From Eledone cirrhosa (lineage: Eukaryota): DNA of 64,000 bases. The position numbers and the translations under genes were made by a program. Location: positions 13,640,001-13,704,000 of the forward strand of contig OZ024743.1 of assembly GCA_964016885.1 (NCBI GenBank), in the 5' to 3' direction. The notes under the pieces are model-generated. The model ran no database searches and was not told the origin of the DNA. It saw only the letters and a list, made by a program, of their open reading frames with translations. Of this stretch, positions 11,101 through 22,996 are shown piece by piece. Numbering within the stretch: the first letter of the stretch is position 1; every line of letters begins with the position of its first letter.

Positions 11101-11556
11101 GATAAACTCTACAGGCATGGAGGTGCCGTCAGCCGGGCATGTCCGAGATGCGCGCAGGGCGACGAAACCGTCCTGCACGCACTCGTCCAGTGTCCGAAAA
11201 TTGCTGACTTGTGGGTTTATGTCGAACACCTGCTGTCGCGTTTAGGACGGATCCAGCTATCATCTGAGTCTATCGTGAGGATTGCCCCGCCCTCCTCCTT
11301 TAGCCGGGAAGGGCAGGCAGTTTTTATCTGTCTGGTGGCCATGGCGAAAGAGATAGTATGGTGGACACGTTTGAAAGGGCTGAAGACGAGCACTTACCTC
11401 TTCGGTGATGCTCTGATTGACTTTTTCAAATTTCATTTGAAAAGGAAAATCAGAGTAGAGAAGGAAGTGCTCTCTTCCCAGCATTTTGTTGAAAGATGGG
11501 TGAGAGAAGCAAGAATGGCCCGAGTGAATGGGCCGACTCTGAGTATATATCTGTAA
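8137..11556 (+). CDS. Tx1-A ORF2: AP endonuclease, reverse transcriptase and C-terminal Cys/His zinc finger
   Basis: APE motifs SINARGL, ISET, VYAP, GDWN, SYLDR, TDH. RT motifs KSPGLDG, FRPITLLN, DQSKAFDRV, RQGCPLS, YADD. CPRC..ETVLHALVQC. 1139 aa uninterrupted. Confidence 0.97.
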   Translation: MTSLRIGSINARGLGSSWKQGHLLNDLRSLNIDVVAISETRISEARAFAPIFGGFDVYASPSRPGSGGGVAVLFRRGLDLAIRAIFLDPEGKLVVLDVTSGDGQAFRLVAVYAPTGAGRPDFFRRLETFLGTSRSLVLVGDWNGILDARWDCVGLADRGGGCKSLTNLLRRFELSDRYRLDFPNVPMWTWTNRIGSSRSYLDRVFCREIDRSSIGCPQFKIVSYTDHKFVICVLDLDRLHRRGPGYWKLNASLPARKAYRDRISELVKRALTGAIVNNKWWFALKRAIRIESIRFSKALAIEKNRAEGELVRKLDEALSKGIATDVLAAKLALDQFFNAKHEGCVVRARVRALRHEGTKAVQWARVAEARRGNKATIRSLVDHDGRMLLDPGQMCEAFQRHFAQLFGGSGGPGRGMDFSVYLDGLPRLSATEAKCCEKPITAAEVREAMTGCTRGKSPGLDGLPYELYVQMPDLFGGLLADVYCNWQQNGRIPSSVSRGAVALLRKDPNKGDNIDNFRPITLLNTEFKILAKVLAKRLALVVGGLVGEAQTCAIPDRSIHDNLHLMRYIVERVAREPGTGGSLINLDQSKAFDRVDHRYLAAVLRAAGFGPVFRGWIAAMHSDICSVVRVNGHLSEPFNIMRSVRQGCPLSSLLYVLTLEPLLHKLETLRGVPRELGCGRSVSAYADDVTVVVSNAKHIEAIGTTLREYEAVTGAMINQEKSVGLQLGTWRGRSMPSNSVVGRWTDGPVKLLGVWFGPDLQTDKNWDEVTSRVASLTQKWAERKLSLKGRAEVANAYIASVICYRLTVVPCPKPRLTALERLLFRFLWKGRAPMVRRSICCQHPLRGGLGMPWLMMRRHALRLRHLHLFLDGDQVWSPFARRVFPQLVSLTELQSWVKRRPRGSAWRLECLQALTALDQSGNVIGGSSTSAFYRGLVEGKSDDVLGETLGVDENQLANLFGRTFGPGPMDNFQKSLAWQCYRGALPVRDKLYRHGGAVSRACPRCAQGDETVLHALVQCPKIADLWVYVEHLLSRLGRIQLSSESIVRIAPPSSFSREGQAVFICLVAMAKEIVWWTRLKGLKTSTYLFGDALIDFFKFHLKRKIRVEKEVLSSQHFVERWVREARMARVNGPTLSIYL

Positions 11557-11817
11557 ACTAAAGGTGGAAAACTGGGAGAGGGCACTTGCCTTGGTGGTCA
11601 GGGTCATTGTGGCTTTTTACTGGGCTTTCTCCACAAATGTCCCTCCGAAGTCTCCCCCCTATTGGGGAATTTTTCATTGTTATTTTCATTGTTATTTTTG
11701 TTACATCCTCTGTTTTTGTTTTTTTTACACGCAGAAATGCCCATTTGTACCGTCCTGCATTGTCCTGCACTGTCCTTAATGTCTACTTTATGTAAACCCT
11801 TGTGGTTAATAAAGAAA

Positions 11818-11931
<114 letters not shown>

Positions 11932-12145
11932 TTTGTGTTTTTGTTGTATCATCTAAATTAATCGGCTGAATGTTAGCCGTGATTTTTCAAACATATTTTT
12001 TATCAAGGCTGTCAAAATATTTTCTTATACCTAACATTTACCTCTATTTATTTCCATGGTATTTACCATCTATTGTTTGTCGTTGTTTATTTATGGCGTA
12101 CACATTATTTCTCTTTTACTTTCTCCCTCCCAACTGTCTCCACTT

Positions 12146-12180
<35 letters not shown>

Positions 12181-12234
12181 GAGGTGTAGATCATGCGAAA
12201 GGGACTAAGGGTATATATATATATATATATATAT

Positions 12235-12307
<73 letters not shown>

Positions 12308-12680
12308 CGCACATAGAAACACACACACATATGTTCATAGTAAGGTTGATAGATAGATATTTAGATACCTAGAATAATCAATAACCATCTAGGTATTTGT
12401 AGGTTTTCGATAAAAAATATATCTATAGTTCTATATCTCTCTTTTCTATATTATGTCCATTGCCATTTCTTTTCGAACCAATTCATACTGTTTTCATTGT
12501 CTAAATATTGAAATCTTTGTAATTTGTGTCAGCCATTTTAGTTGGAAATTCATTGTAAATAATATTTTTTATGCATCTATATTTGTATGTTTCAATATTG
12601 CCAAATTTATTTTACATATTATTTAACCAATATTATTTTACTTATTTTATTTTTTGAATGGCATTATTAATGAGCAGCAT

Positions 12681-12781
12681 CCCGCCGAGGTTGGCTTTGC
12701 CTTTCATCCTTACGGGGTCGATAAAATAAAGTACCAGTAATGCACTGGTTTATTGCTGGCATTGTGCCTAAAGTAGAAACA
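12681..12781 (+). mobile_element. 5'-truncated SINE with 18-bp target-site duplication
   Basis: CCCGCCGAGG...GCCTTTCATCCTTACGGGGTCGATAAAATAAAGTACC...AGAAACA. TSD ATTATTAATGAGCAGCAT at 12663-12680 and 12782-12799. Confidence 0.9.
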
Positions 12782-13156
12782 ATTATTAATGAGCAGCATA
12801 TTCAAGTGTTTTAACAAGCATACCTACGATTATATCTAGTTACATTTTTATTTGTCAACCATAAATTTAAATGATCTGACGGGACGCAAATATAGACCGA
12901 GTCGCTTCTTAAACTCGTTCACACAAACAGACAATATACCCGCATACACACATATACACACAAAATATAGACATAAAGAATAATATCTGTAAAATTTCAG
13001 CCAAACCAATTTCACGCATTAGGTACTGGTAAACCTCAAACTATAGACATCCCTTGCCATAGTTGTTTTATTGGAACTAATTTGAAATCACTTGTTAGAA
13101 AAGCCAACCTCTTTACCCGTATAACCCTCGACTATATGTATTACCACCTCACCACA

Positions 13157-13294
<138 letters not shown>

Positions 13295-13365
13295 TTACAT
13301 ATATATATATATATATATTTATTATATGAATTATAAGAATCAAAGAACTGTTCAAAACATTTTTA

Positions 13366-13412
13366 TGCTTACAACTCTTTCCTCCAAACCGAGGTTTGGA
13401 TTCTTCGGAGCA
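13366..13412 (-). ncRNA. Hammerhead-like motif, core variant
   Basis: TGCT-CCGAAGA-a-TCCAAAC ctcg GTTTGGA-g-GAAAG AGTT GTA-AGCA. Helix I tgct/agca; helix III imperfect. Confidence 0.5.
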
Positions 13413-14045
13413 ATTTATTATTGAATGAACACTTATATGACCTTCTTTTCACCCAAGAGACATACAGATACATATGCAAATATTGTGGGTCAACATTCAT
13501 TACAGCATTTAGTGTGGCAGTACACACTTAGAGATTACATTCATATTAAAAGATACAATCAAAAATACAGGTTAAAATACATGAAAATTAAGCGGTTATA
13601 GAGTGAAATGGTTATATGTGTGGCAAGCACGTGCGTCTTGTTTATATAGTGTGGCAGAGAGTTACGTGTAATAGAAGCACTTAAGCTGGTAATCAAGAGT
13701 GTTAAGAGGGTGATGAATTCTTTATATGATTGTTATAGCCTGTGTGTGGAGAAATAATATAAGTATTAAAAATAATGTAAGCATTAAAAATATTGGAAAT
13801 GCGTAGCGAAGCGATGATATGGATTTCATGCACTGCGACATTTTCATAGTCTGGGGAGCGTACTTTTCAGATTATATGCCCCTCACATAATCCACGACGA
13901 TTCGATATTTAATATGAATGTAATCTCTAAATGTGTACTGCCACACTAAATGCTGTAATGAATGTTGACCCACAATATTTGCATATGTATCTGTATGTCT
14001 CTTGGGTGAAAAGAAGGTCATATAAGTGTTCATTCAATAATAAAT

Positions 14046-14092
14046 TGGTCCGAAGAATCCAAACCTCAGTTTGGAGGAAAGAATTGTAAGCA
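14046..14092 (+). ncRNA. Hammerhead-like motif, core variant (inverted copy)
   Basis: TGGT-CCGAAGA-a-TCCAAAC ctca GTTTGGA-g-GAAAG AATT GTA-AGCA. Confidence 0.45.
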
Positions 14093-14325
14093 TAAACATG
14101 TTTTGAACAGTTCTTTGATTCTTATAATTCATATAACTGCTCTGTAAATCATCTGAGGTTATTACATTGAGCTATTTAACTTACTGGTAATAAGGTAGTA
14201 GTATTTAGGGTTTATAAAAATATATATATCTACAAAAGGTTTTTGTATTTGCATAACCATAAATAGTATAATTAATACTAATTAATACTATATATATATA
14301 TATGTATATATATTTATATATATAT

Positions 14326-14428
<103 letters not shown>

Positions 14429-14905
14429 TATATTAGCTATTTCACTATGTTTTAAATTGCCTTGTCCGACGAACGAACGAGGACGTTTTTAATAAACACG
14501 TATAATAATATAAATAAGGAAGCTAAAGAATTAGCTAGTTCTTTAAAAATAGATAATAGGGCAGAAAAACTTGCTAAACGTAATGCATATATCACCCTTA
14601 AATATCACAAACCTGACTTTATTAATCCTCCTAGTTGTAGATGAATCAACCCTACTAAGACTGATATCGGCCTTGCCAGCAAAAAAATTTCAAATAATAT
14701 AAACACACAGATTAGAAGTAAGTCTGAATTACTCCAATGGATAAATAGCTCTTCCGTAGTACATTGGTTTAATAATATTAAAGATAAAAATAGTTCTAGA
14801 TTCCCCCAATTTGACATTGTAGATTTCTACCCGTCTACCACTCATACTCCTTTTGCGAAAGCCTTAAATTTCGCTATAAAGTTTACCAATATCTCTGATA
14901 TTGAA

Positions 14906-15550
14906 GTGAATGTCATCTTGCATGCTAGAAACACTCTACTCTTTACTGATAATGACACTTGGGTAAAAATATCTAACCCAGAGAACCCATTCGATGTCTC
15001 AATGGGCTCGTTTAACAGTGCTGATGTTTGTGATTTAGTCGGCCTATTCCTCCTACACACACTTAAAGAAAAATTCCCTAACCATATTTTTGGGCTTTAT
15101 CGCGACGATGGTCTAATAGTTTCCCATACCACCATAGGCCATAACTTAGATAGATTAAGGACATACTTAATAAAAACCTTTGCTAGTTTTAATCTTAAAA
15201 TTACTATTGCCACTAACCTTTCCAATGTTAATTTTCTAGATATAAACCTAGATTTGCCTACTGCTTCTTATAAACCATACCATAAACCTAATGAAAATTT
15301 AAAATATATAAATAAAGGCTCTTGCCATACTCCTATAGTTTTTAAAAACCTTATCCCTAATATTAGCCGTAGGATCTCCACCCTCTCTTCCTCAGAAGCT
15401 ATTTTCAATAAGGCATCCCCCTACTATAATAAAGCCCTTCAAAATAGCGGATTTAGCGAACCGATTAAATACATACCAAACAATACTAACTCTTTTAAAC
15501 ATAATAATAGGAAAAGAAAAATAATCTGGTTCACACCCCCTATTCTCTAG
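14906..15550 (+). pseudogene. PLE RT core fragment
   Basis: GLYRDDG catalytic motif and thumb region; flanked by stops and frameshifts. Confidence 0.85.
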
Positions 15551-15798
15551 CAGTTAAAACTAATGTAGGCAAAAAATTCCTAGAGCTCTTAGATAAACAT
15601 TTCCCTAGAACACATAGATACTATAAGATCTTCCATAGAAACTGTGTCAAAATTAGCTACTCCTGCGGTCCCCCTATTAAATCCTATATCATCAATAAGT
15701 AATCACCCAGAGAACATCAAAATTGCTCCTGTAGAGTCAAAAGTGAATACTCATTACAAGGTAAATGCAACACCAAAGCCATTGTATATGCGGCTAAA

Positions 15799-16167
15799 GT
15801 GACAACCATCAGCAACAACCAACCAGCCACCAGCGAACGATATGTGGGTATGACACAAGACAAATTCAAAATGCGTTATTACTCACATGTCGCATCTTTC
15901 CGACATCCAGAAAAAAGATTCACAACAGCTCTGGCTAGCAGAATATGGGATTTGAAAGACCAAGGTATCCAATATAAATTGGATTGGTCAATTTTGAACC
16001 AATCTAAAGAATATGCAAGAGGAACAAGAAGATGCACACTCTGCATAAGCGAAAAATATTGGATTTTACAAAACCTTAAATCACCAAAAACCTGCCTAAA
16101 TACAAAAAACAGAAATATTCAGCAGTTGCCCACACATGAAATCACATTTGCTATCCAGCTCATATAA
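15799..16167 (+). pseudogene. PLE GIY-YIG endonuclease fragment
   Basis: YVGMT..FKMRYYSH..SF, TALASRIW, CTLCISEK. Confidence 0.85.
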
Positions 16168-17440
16168 ACTTAACTCACTTTAAGATACTTATCCTTCATA
16201 AACTCTTATTCTTCACTTTCCTTAAATTATTCTCTTTACAGATTTCTTGTTCTGATTTACTTTCATTTTTAACTTTATTTTTAATTTTATTTTTATTTTT
16301 ACTTCCATCCACCAGTCACCCCCCCACCTACTTTTCGATTCACTTACCTAATACCTTCACTTTCCATATTTTACTTCCCCATTTTCTTTCACTACCTGAT
16401 TTCACTGTCACTTGCGTTTTCCACTCCAATATATATTCTGTTGTTTCGCAGCCGATTTACATTTGTACTCATTTATTCATATGGCTGATTTGTAATCTGT
16501 ATCTATGTGTCTGAGTGTGCTTATGTGTGTATACTTTCTGTATATGTATACGAACGCTTCCGTATGTGTGCGTGCGTACGTATATATATGTGTGTGTATG
16601 TGTGTTTTTATATCTATGTTTTTTACATTCTTATTTTTACGTGTGTGTGTATGCAGGTGAATGTATATAAATGTGTATGTATATGTGTATATATGTATAT
16701 GTATGTATGGGTGTGTATGTGTATGTGTGTATATATATATATAGTCGCGTACGTACGTGTGATTAGATATACATGGGCGATATATATATATACGTGCCTC
16801 GTGTGTATGTATATACGCATGCATGCGCTTTTGTCTGTACGTATTTGTGTGTATAAATATTTTTTTATAGATATATGTGTATGTACGTGCGTACCTATAT
16901 TTGTTTTCTTTTCTCTAGTGTACATTGATCTAAACATTTTTTTCATTCTCATATATTGTTTTCATTTTTATACATATATCGAGAATGACACTTTTTTTAC
17001 TATTGCACTCCCTGCCCTCTTTATCTTCCGCATATAAGTGACCGCGCGTGTGTTTGTGTGTGTTTATACGCGTGCTTTTATACTCGTATGTGTATTTAAT
17101 ACCTGTATCTGGATGCGTGTCAACTATACTATCATTTTCTTTTTCATCTCATTATATACGTATTTGTAGTCACATATACACAAATATACTTGCCCTCATA
17201 TATGTACTTACGCACACATTTTCACCATACACATGCATTTGTACATACACACATATGCACCTTTGTGAGTGTATATACATACATATACACATACCCTAAC
17301 TATATTTCCTTATATTTTTTAATATATTTTTTATATATTCTTTTATATATATTTTTTAATATCTCTTGCATTACTTTTATTTATATATTTTTCGCATTTC
17401 TTGAGGAGACTTTCCAAATGTTTCACTATGTTTTAAATTG

Positions 17441-17508
17441 CCTTGTCCGACGAACGAATGAGGACGTTTTTCGGATTCGCCTTACTCGGGAAACCTCTGG
17501 TAATGAGG
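17441..17508 (+). ncRNA. Type I hammerhead-like ribozyme in PLE 3' pLTR (CCGACGA core)
   Basis: Helix I CCTTGT/ATGAGG; core CCGACGA; helix II CGAATGAGG/CCTTACTCG; GAAAC-C tct G-GTA. Confidence 0.6.
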
Positions 17509-17526
17509 TATTTATATTGTATTGTT

Positions 17527-17588
<62 letters not shown>

Positions 17589-17702
17589 GTTTGAATATGT
17601 ATAATTAAGCCAAAACAATGCAGGTATGGACATAGAAAAAAGAATGCAATTGCAAAAGATATTGTTGACAATTCGTCTTTTACCTTAGATTTATTTAAAT
17701 GT

Positions 17703-17737
17703 CCTTAATTTTCGAGATAATATCTCTTCTTCAGAGG
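17703..17737 (-). ncRNA. Minimal (dimer-type) hammerhead ribozyme
   Basis: CCT-CTGAAGA-A-GAGAT att ATCTC-GAAAATTA-AGG; palindromic AATT helix III. In sense with the PLE ORF. Confidence 0.75.
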
Positions 17738-18137
17738 GAAATAAAGGTCTCAAACCAGCGTTCTAAATATCTTGCCAAGCCATGCTGACAGGAAATAGTA
17801 TAGAGTATCTGTTCTATCTCTAATGTCAAAGAGTTAAAATTAGGTGGATAAAGAGTAGTCTCCCTTTAAAAGGGGTTTGTTTAGGGTTTTTTTATTTTTT
17901 ATATACATGCCTGTTTAAGTGTGTGGGAGAATGCATGAAGGTGTAAGTATGTGAGTGTGTGTGTGTGAGTGTGAGAAGATAAGTCTATTCGTAAATGTGG
18001 GGGATAGGTGTTATCTGGTGTTAGAACTGGTTTTGTGTGTGTATGTGTGAGAGAGAATAAGTGGAGGTGTAAGCGTGTGTGTGTGTGCGTGCGTGTGTGT
18101 GTGTGTGTGGTGTGTAAATATGGGGCTGGAAGCCCTA

Positions 18138-18935
18138 TCAGGCTATAAATTGGGTGTTGAGTTCTAGTCTATTATTGATAGGTGGTCGTGTTTTATCTAT
18201 AATTAGTGCTTCCTTAATTCTAAGATTGCCGAGGTTTCTTTCCTTAGTTTCTATCCTAACTGTTATGGTTTTGTCGGTGTTTTTGCATTTAACTAGGTGT
18301 TTCTTAAATGAGGAAGCGTTAGTATTGAGGTGTTCTTTTATTCTTATGTGGAGTGGTCTGGTGGTGCTATTCTTGTGGGTCTTGATGAGGTGGTAGAAAG
18401 TGGGCAGTCTGCTATTTCTAGTGGTGTAGTTGAGCTTAACTTTATTTGGGAGTTGTCTTCTCCTACAGATATCGGACCAAATGGAGTTGGTCTGTTTTTC
18501 GATCTGGGCTGCAGTCATGTCCGGGATCTCTGCGTATAATTCATTGTCGCTTAGGTTTTCAAAGGCTAGGTTATTGTATGTGGCTTGAGAGATGACGCAA
18601 AACTCTTTACCTTTGTCGGATGGTAAGTATATAAGTTCCCTATTCCGTAGGTTCTTCAGGGCGAGTTGTTGTGTCCTGGAGAGGTTTGGGGCTATCTTCT
18701 TCTGTTTCCATAAGATGTTAAATAGGGAATGTTTTAGTCTCGAGAGTTTTTCTTCAAGCTCGCGGTTGGCAGGCGGTGGACAGAGTAGGCGATCTAGTTG
18801 GTATATCGGGAATCTGGGTTTGATAGATTCCGTGGTGTTGTTGTCGAGAGTCGATACCCATTTTAGTTGGTAGGCAGCCCGACAGAAATTCGTTACTATG
18901 TCGAGCCATAATTTGTCGTTCAGTCTCTGTTTCAA
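18138..18935 (-). CDS. PLE ORF remnant: pre-RT region fused in frame to the GIY-YIG C-terminal half, RT deleted
   Basis: NLSRTQQLALKNLR..YLPSDKG..PTFYHLIKTHK joined directly to TTRPLHIRIKEH..LRIKEALII...PPIN. Confidence 0.8.
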   Translation of the reverse strand: MKQRLNDKLWLDIVTNFCRAAYQLKWVSTLDNNTTESIKPRFPIYQLDRLLCPPPANRELEEKLSRLKHSLFNILWKQKKIAPNLSRTQQLALKNLRNRELIYLPSDKGKEFCVISQATYNNLAFENLSDNELYAEIPDMTAAQIEKQTNSIWSDICRRRQLPNKVKLNYTTRNSRLPTFYHLIKTHKNSTTRPLHIRIKEHLNTNASSFKKHLVKCKNTDKTITVRIETKERNLGNLRIKEALIIDKTRPPINNRLELNTQFIA

Positions 18936-19304
18936 TATGAACTTGGGACCCAGGCTGAGGAGGTCTAATTCCTCTCGGGAGAGGGATCCTGTCAGGTCTG
19001 TGATGAGGTGTTTTGCGTCAGATGTCTTGTTGGTCGGGGCCCAAATTTACGAATAGACTTATCTTCTCACACTCACACACACACACTCACATACTTTCAC
19101 CTTCATGCATTCTCCCACACATTTAAACAGGCATGTATATAAAAAATAAAAAAAACTCTAAACAAACCCCTTTTAAAGGGAGACTACTCTTTATCCACCT
19201 AATTATAACTCTTTGACATTAGAGATAGAACAGATACTCTATACTATTTCCTGTCAGCATGGCTTGGCAAGATATTTAGAACGCTGGTTTGAGACCTTTA
19301 TTTC

Positions 19305-19339
19305 CCTCTGAAGAAGAGATATTATCTCGAAAATTAAGG
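19305..19339 (+). ncRNA. Minimal hammerhead ribozyme (inverted pLTR copy)
   Basis: Identical to the 17703-17737 motif. Confidence 0.72.
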
Positions 19340-19779
19340 ACATTTACATAAATCTAAGGTAAAAGACGAAATGTCAACAATATCTTTTGCAATTGCATTC
19401 TTTTTTCTATGTCCATACCTGCATTGTTTTGGCTTTATTATACATATTCAAAAGTTTATACCTCATTACACAATGCTTCAAGTGAACTATAACCTCCTCC
19501 ATATATATATATATATATATATTTGCTGGCAAAAGGTAAAGAAAAAAAACTGCGTAGCAGATAGTTCTCTTCTCATCGTGTTTGATGGAGATATGTAATA
19601 TAATTAACCAGATGTTAAAATCTTCGAATATGGCACAAGGTTCAATGAGCAATGTATTACAAATAGTGTATTATGAAAAACTAGACAAGAAGATACGGGA
19701 TATTTGAGGAAATATGTATTATATTATATTACCTTAATTCCTGATCAGCTAAAACTATTGCAATGTTGAACACAAAACG

Positions 19780-20085
19780 TTGTTACCTGAAGACAGTTCA
19801 AGAGGCTCCTAAAAAGCGTTTCAAGGTACACAAGTTGTTCCTTAATATTTGATCAAGGTATATTACCTACAGCTTTCAAGGTGTCATCACTCAGAGCAAT
19901 GGGTCTTCATGATCAATGCTCATCAGATAGGTCAAAATTGCTTTTCTTAAATTTTGATAACTAACTTTTCGAACACTTACTACATCTGATAGGTTTTCAC
20001 TGCAAACCTTTTCATTGCAATTACTGCATCCATACAGCATGCAATGCCGAATATGAAATTCTTTAAATTCTTTGTGTTCCATAGG
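19780..20085 (-). pseudogene. Degenerate mariner transposase N-terminus
   Basis: MEHKEFKEFHIRHCMLY and LSDDTLKAV resemble the mariner HTH region. No TIRs recognised. Confidence 0.5.
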
Positions 20086-20242
20086 TTATCCTAAATAGAG
20101 AAAATCAAAGTAAATTTTGTTCAACTAAAGAAACAATGTAACTGATGCCTAATACGGTAAATGACTCTAAAGAAATACAACGTTTGTGTTTTCAACATTT
20201 TAAATTTATCTTCTTAAATAAGCACCCATTCATCCCACCATC

Positions 20243-20323
<81 letters not shown>

Positions 20324-20326
<3 letters not shown>

Positions 20327-20889
20327 GGGTTGAACAAAATAATGGAAACGCCATAGCATCATAGCATCATAATTTTGAAATATCTATAAAACCGTCAAAA
20401 GCTTGTTTATTTTTCTGTTTTTTTTATTTATTATTAGTGTTGCTTAATATGTTTTGTTAAAATTGCTGTTTCTATTCAGATATCATCAGAAAAAGGTAAT
20501 TAAAATTCATTAAAATGACAGATCTATCGGACTTTCAAAGAGGTCAAATTGTTGGTGCCTAGCGCAACGCTAGCGTAACGAAAACAGCCGAAATGTTTGG
20601 TGTATCACGAAGTACTGTCTCGAAAGTAATGACAGCCTTTGAGAAAGAGGGAAAAACCTCCTCGTCGAAACAAAACTCCGGAAGAAATCCAAAACTTTCA
20701 GATAGGGACCGTCGGACCCTTACGCGAATTGTTAGAAAGAATCACAAAAGTACAGCTCGCAAAATTACTACAGAGCTTAATGACCACCTCGAAAACAATA
20801 AAAATAAACATGCTTTTGATGGTTTTATAGTTATTTCAAAAGTATGATGCTACGATGCTAGGTGTTTCCATTATTTTGGTCAACCCCTG
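20324..20889 (+). mobile_element. Internally deleted Tc1-like DNA transposon
   Basis: TIRs CAGGGGTTGAACAAAATAATGGAAAC... / ...GTTTCCATTATTTTGGTCAACCCCTG, flanked by TA. Transposase HTH from 20515 (MTDLSDFQRGQIVG..GVSRSTVSK..GRNPKLSDRD); no DDE domain. Confidence 0.92.
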
Positions 20890-22249
20890 TATATATATAT
20901 ATATATATTGTTCAAAGTAAATGGCAAAAGAGCCCATCTGCCGGAGTTACCAAACTTATAGCAACTAAGCACTTTTCTGCTTGTTCCTCATAATTCCTCA
21001 CTCTTCCCCCGAAACATTCTTTCAGATCTTGTGCACACACAAGCGTACATACACGCACATAAACACACACAAAAAAACACGTAAACAAATATGTATATAT
21101 ATATATAAATACATTTTTTACTGCTTTCAATTATTAATCTGCTAATAATATTATCCCCCCGCCGTCGTAAAAGGCTAACTATTGGCCTGTATCTCATGAA
21201 TATATGTATTTATATATATCATCTTCCAGTTTTCCATCATATTTGCTGAATGTTTTTAGAGTTGAGAATTTGTCCAACTTCAGCAAGCATAAAATCAAAT
21301 ATCTCATATGTCCTGCGGCAGTGAACTGGACATAAGGTTGAACCAGGAGTAGATTAACTCCATTATCAGGAGAATCTCAAGGGAATGTAGTCAAAATCAT
21401 GATATTGACTATAGGTATTATATGCTACTTTCTTTGGCAGAAAGTTAATTACCGTGCGATAAAATTACGCTTGACATCCCAACTCACCAAAAATAGCTGC
21501 GAAAGTTTTAAAAAATAGGTAGATATAGTAGCGTCATGATCATGAATGAGTTCATTGCATACACACTACATGATATAGTATTTTCATTTTCAAAATATCA
21601 ATAGTATATAATCATACAAGCTGTTTGCACTTTAGTTTAATATAGCAAATATAGAACAATGTTTTTCAAGACTGAAGGAGACACAATCAATTCTTCTTCT
21701 TATTGGTCTTCAATCATCTTTATATATTGTGGAATAGTGTAACTAAAAACCACTACGTGTGTTTATTTAGCTTCTTGGTTATGTTTATTTCCTCTAATAC
21801 CATAAAAATATTTGAATAACTGTAATGTGTTTCAATAAATTTCTAGCAAGCATATGATAAAAAATATAAAAAATATATAGTGATACACTTTTCATCACGC
21901 AAAATATAGCTAATCATAGCACTGTATATGTGGCCTCAGTTACATAAACTGACCAAAGGATTTCAGAATGTTAGCTGTAGAAAAATTTCCTTTCATCGAT
22001 AAATCTAAGAAACAACGAGCTTAATGTGCCTACCTTCCTTATGTACATGTCTGTTGTGTTTTCACCTACTCTGTTATATCTCTCTCAGAGGAGTTTGTAA
22101 ATTGTTCAGTTAAATTCAATCTCTTTGAAATCTCAGTTTTACCAGGCGACATATTAAGAACTTATTCCAGCCGTGAACAATTTGTTGTAATTCTATGACG
22201 ACATTGAACGTTTATTATTGTAATGTCTACGGGAGGAAACATAATAGTA

Positions 22250-22657
<408 letters not shown>

Positions 22658-22996
22658 CGTGCGTATGCGTATGTGTGTTTGCGCGCGCGCACGTGTGTGT
22701 GCGTGTGCGCGCGTAAACATTTTGCTTTTCTATTACGTACAGAACAGCGTCTGATTGCATTTTCTGACCACACGCAGCCACCCCAAAGGGATCAACATTT
22801 CAAAACCTTAGCTACTCTTGACATTTTGGCTATAACATGACGCTGTAAATATAGTTCCTCAGTATAACTATACTTTACGTCTAACAGACGACACGATCCC
22901 ATTTATAACGATGGGAAACAAATACACACTAACAAAAAAAATATATATGTGCCATCTACAACAGTGCAAAGGACCCAATATTATATTGTTTAACAC

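Larger units (their letters stand above)
13322..14136. repeat. About 230-bp inverted repeat pair (13322-13550 / 13908-14136), likely inverted PLE pseudo-LTRs
   Basis: Near-perfect reverse complements, each containing a hammerhead-like motif. The right arm continues into sequence also found reversed at about 36400-36660. Confidence 0.8.
14441..17510 (+). mobile_element. Penelope-like element (YRDD-type RT plus C-terminal GIY-YIG), decayed
   Basis: FDIVDFYPS, FDVSMGSFNSADVCDLVG, GLYRDDG, VNFLDI, RKRKIIWFTPP and IVYAAKV..YVGMTQDKFKMRY..H..C. A 50-bp direct repeat occurs at 14441-14490 and 17422-17471. Confidence 0.9.
17585..19470 (-). mobile_element. Internally deleted Penelope-like element with inverted pseudo-LTRs
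   Basis: About 410-bp inverted repeats (17585-17997 / 19043-19457) flank minus-strand ORF 18138-18935. Confidence 0.88.

Noticed and set aside
6113-11607. Numerous antisense and alternate-frame ORFs over Tx1-A (and likewise over Tx1-B and Tx1-D)
   Set aside because: Shadows of a GC-rich coding strand; no independent motifs.
14605-14660. In-frame TGA in PLE coding remnants as possible selenocysteine (as reported for Naiad PLEs)
   Set aside because: The stop is at a Leu position (CR*IN versus IRLIC in the paralog), not a Cys position, and the copy has other TAA/TAG stops and frameshifts.
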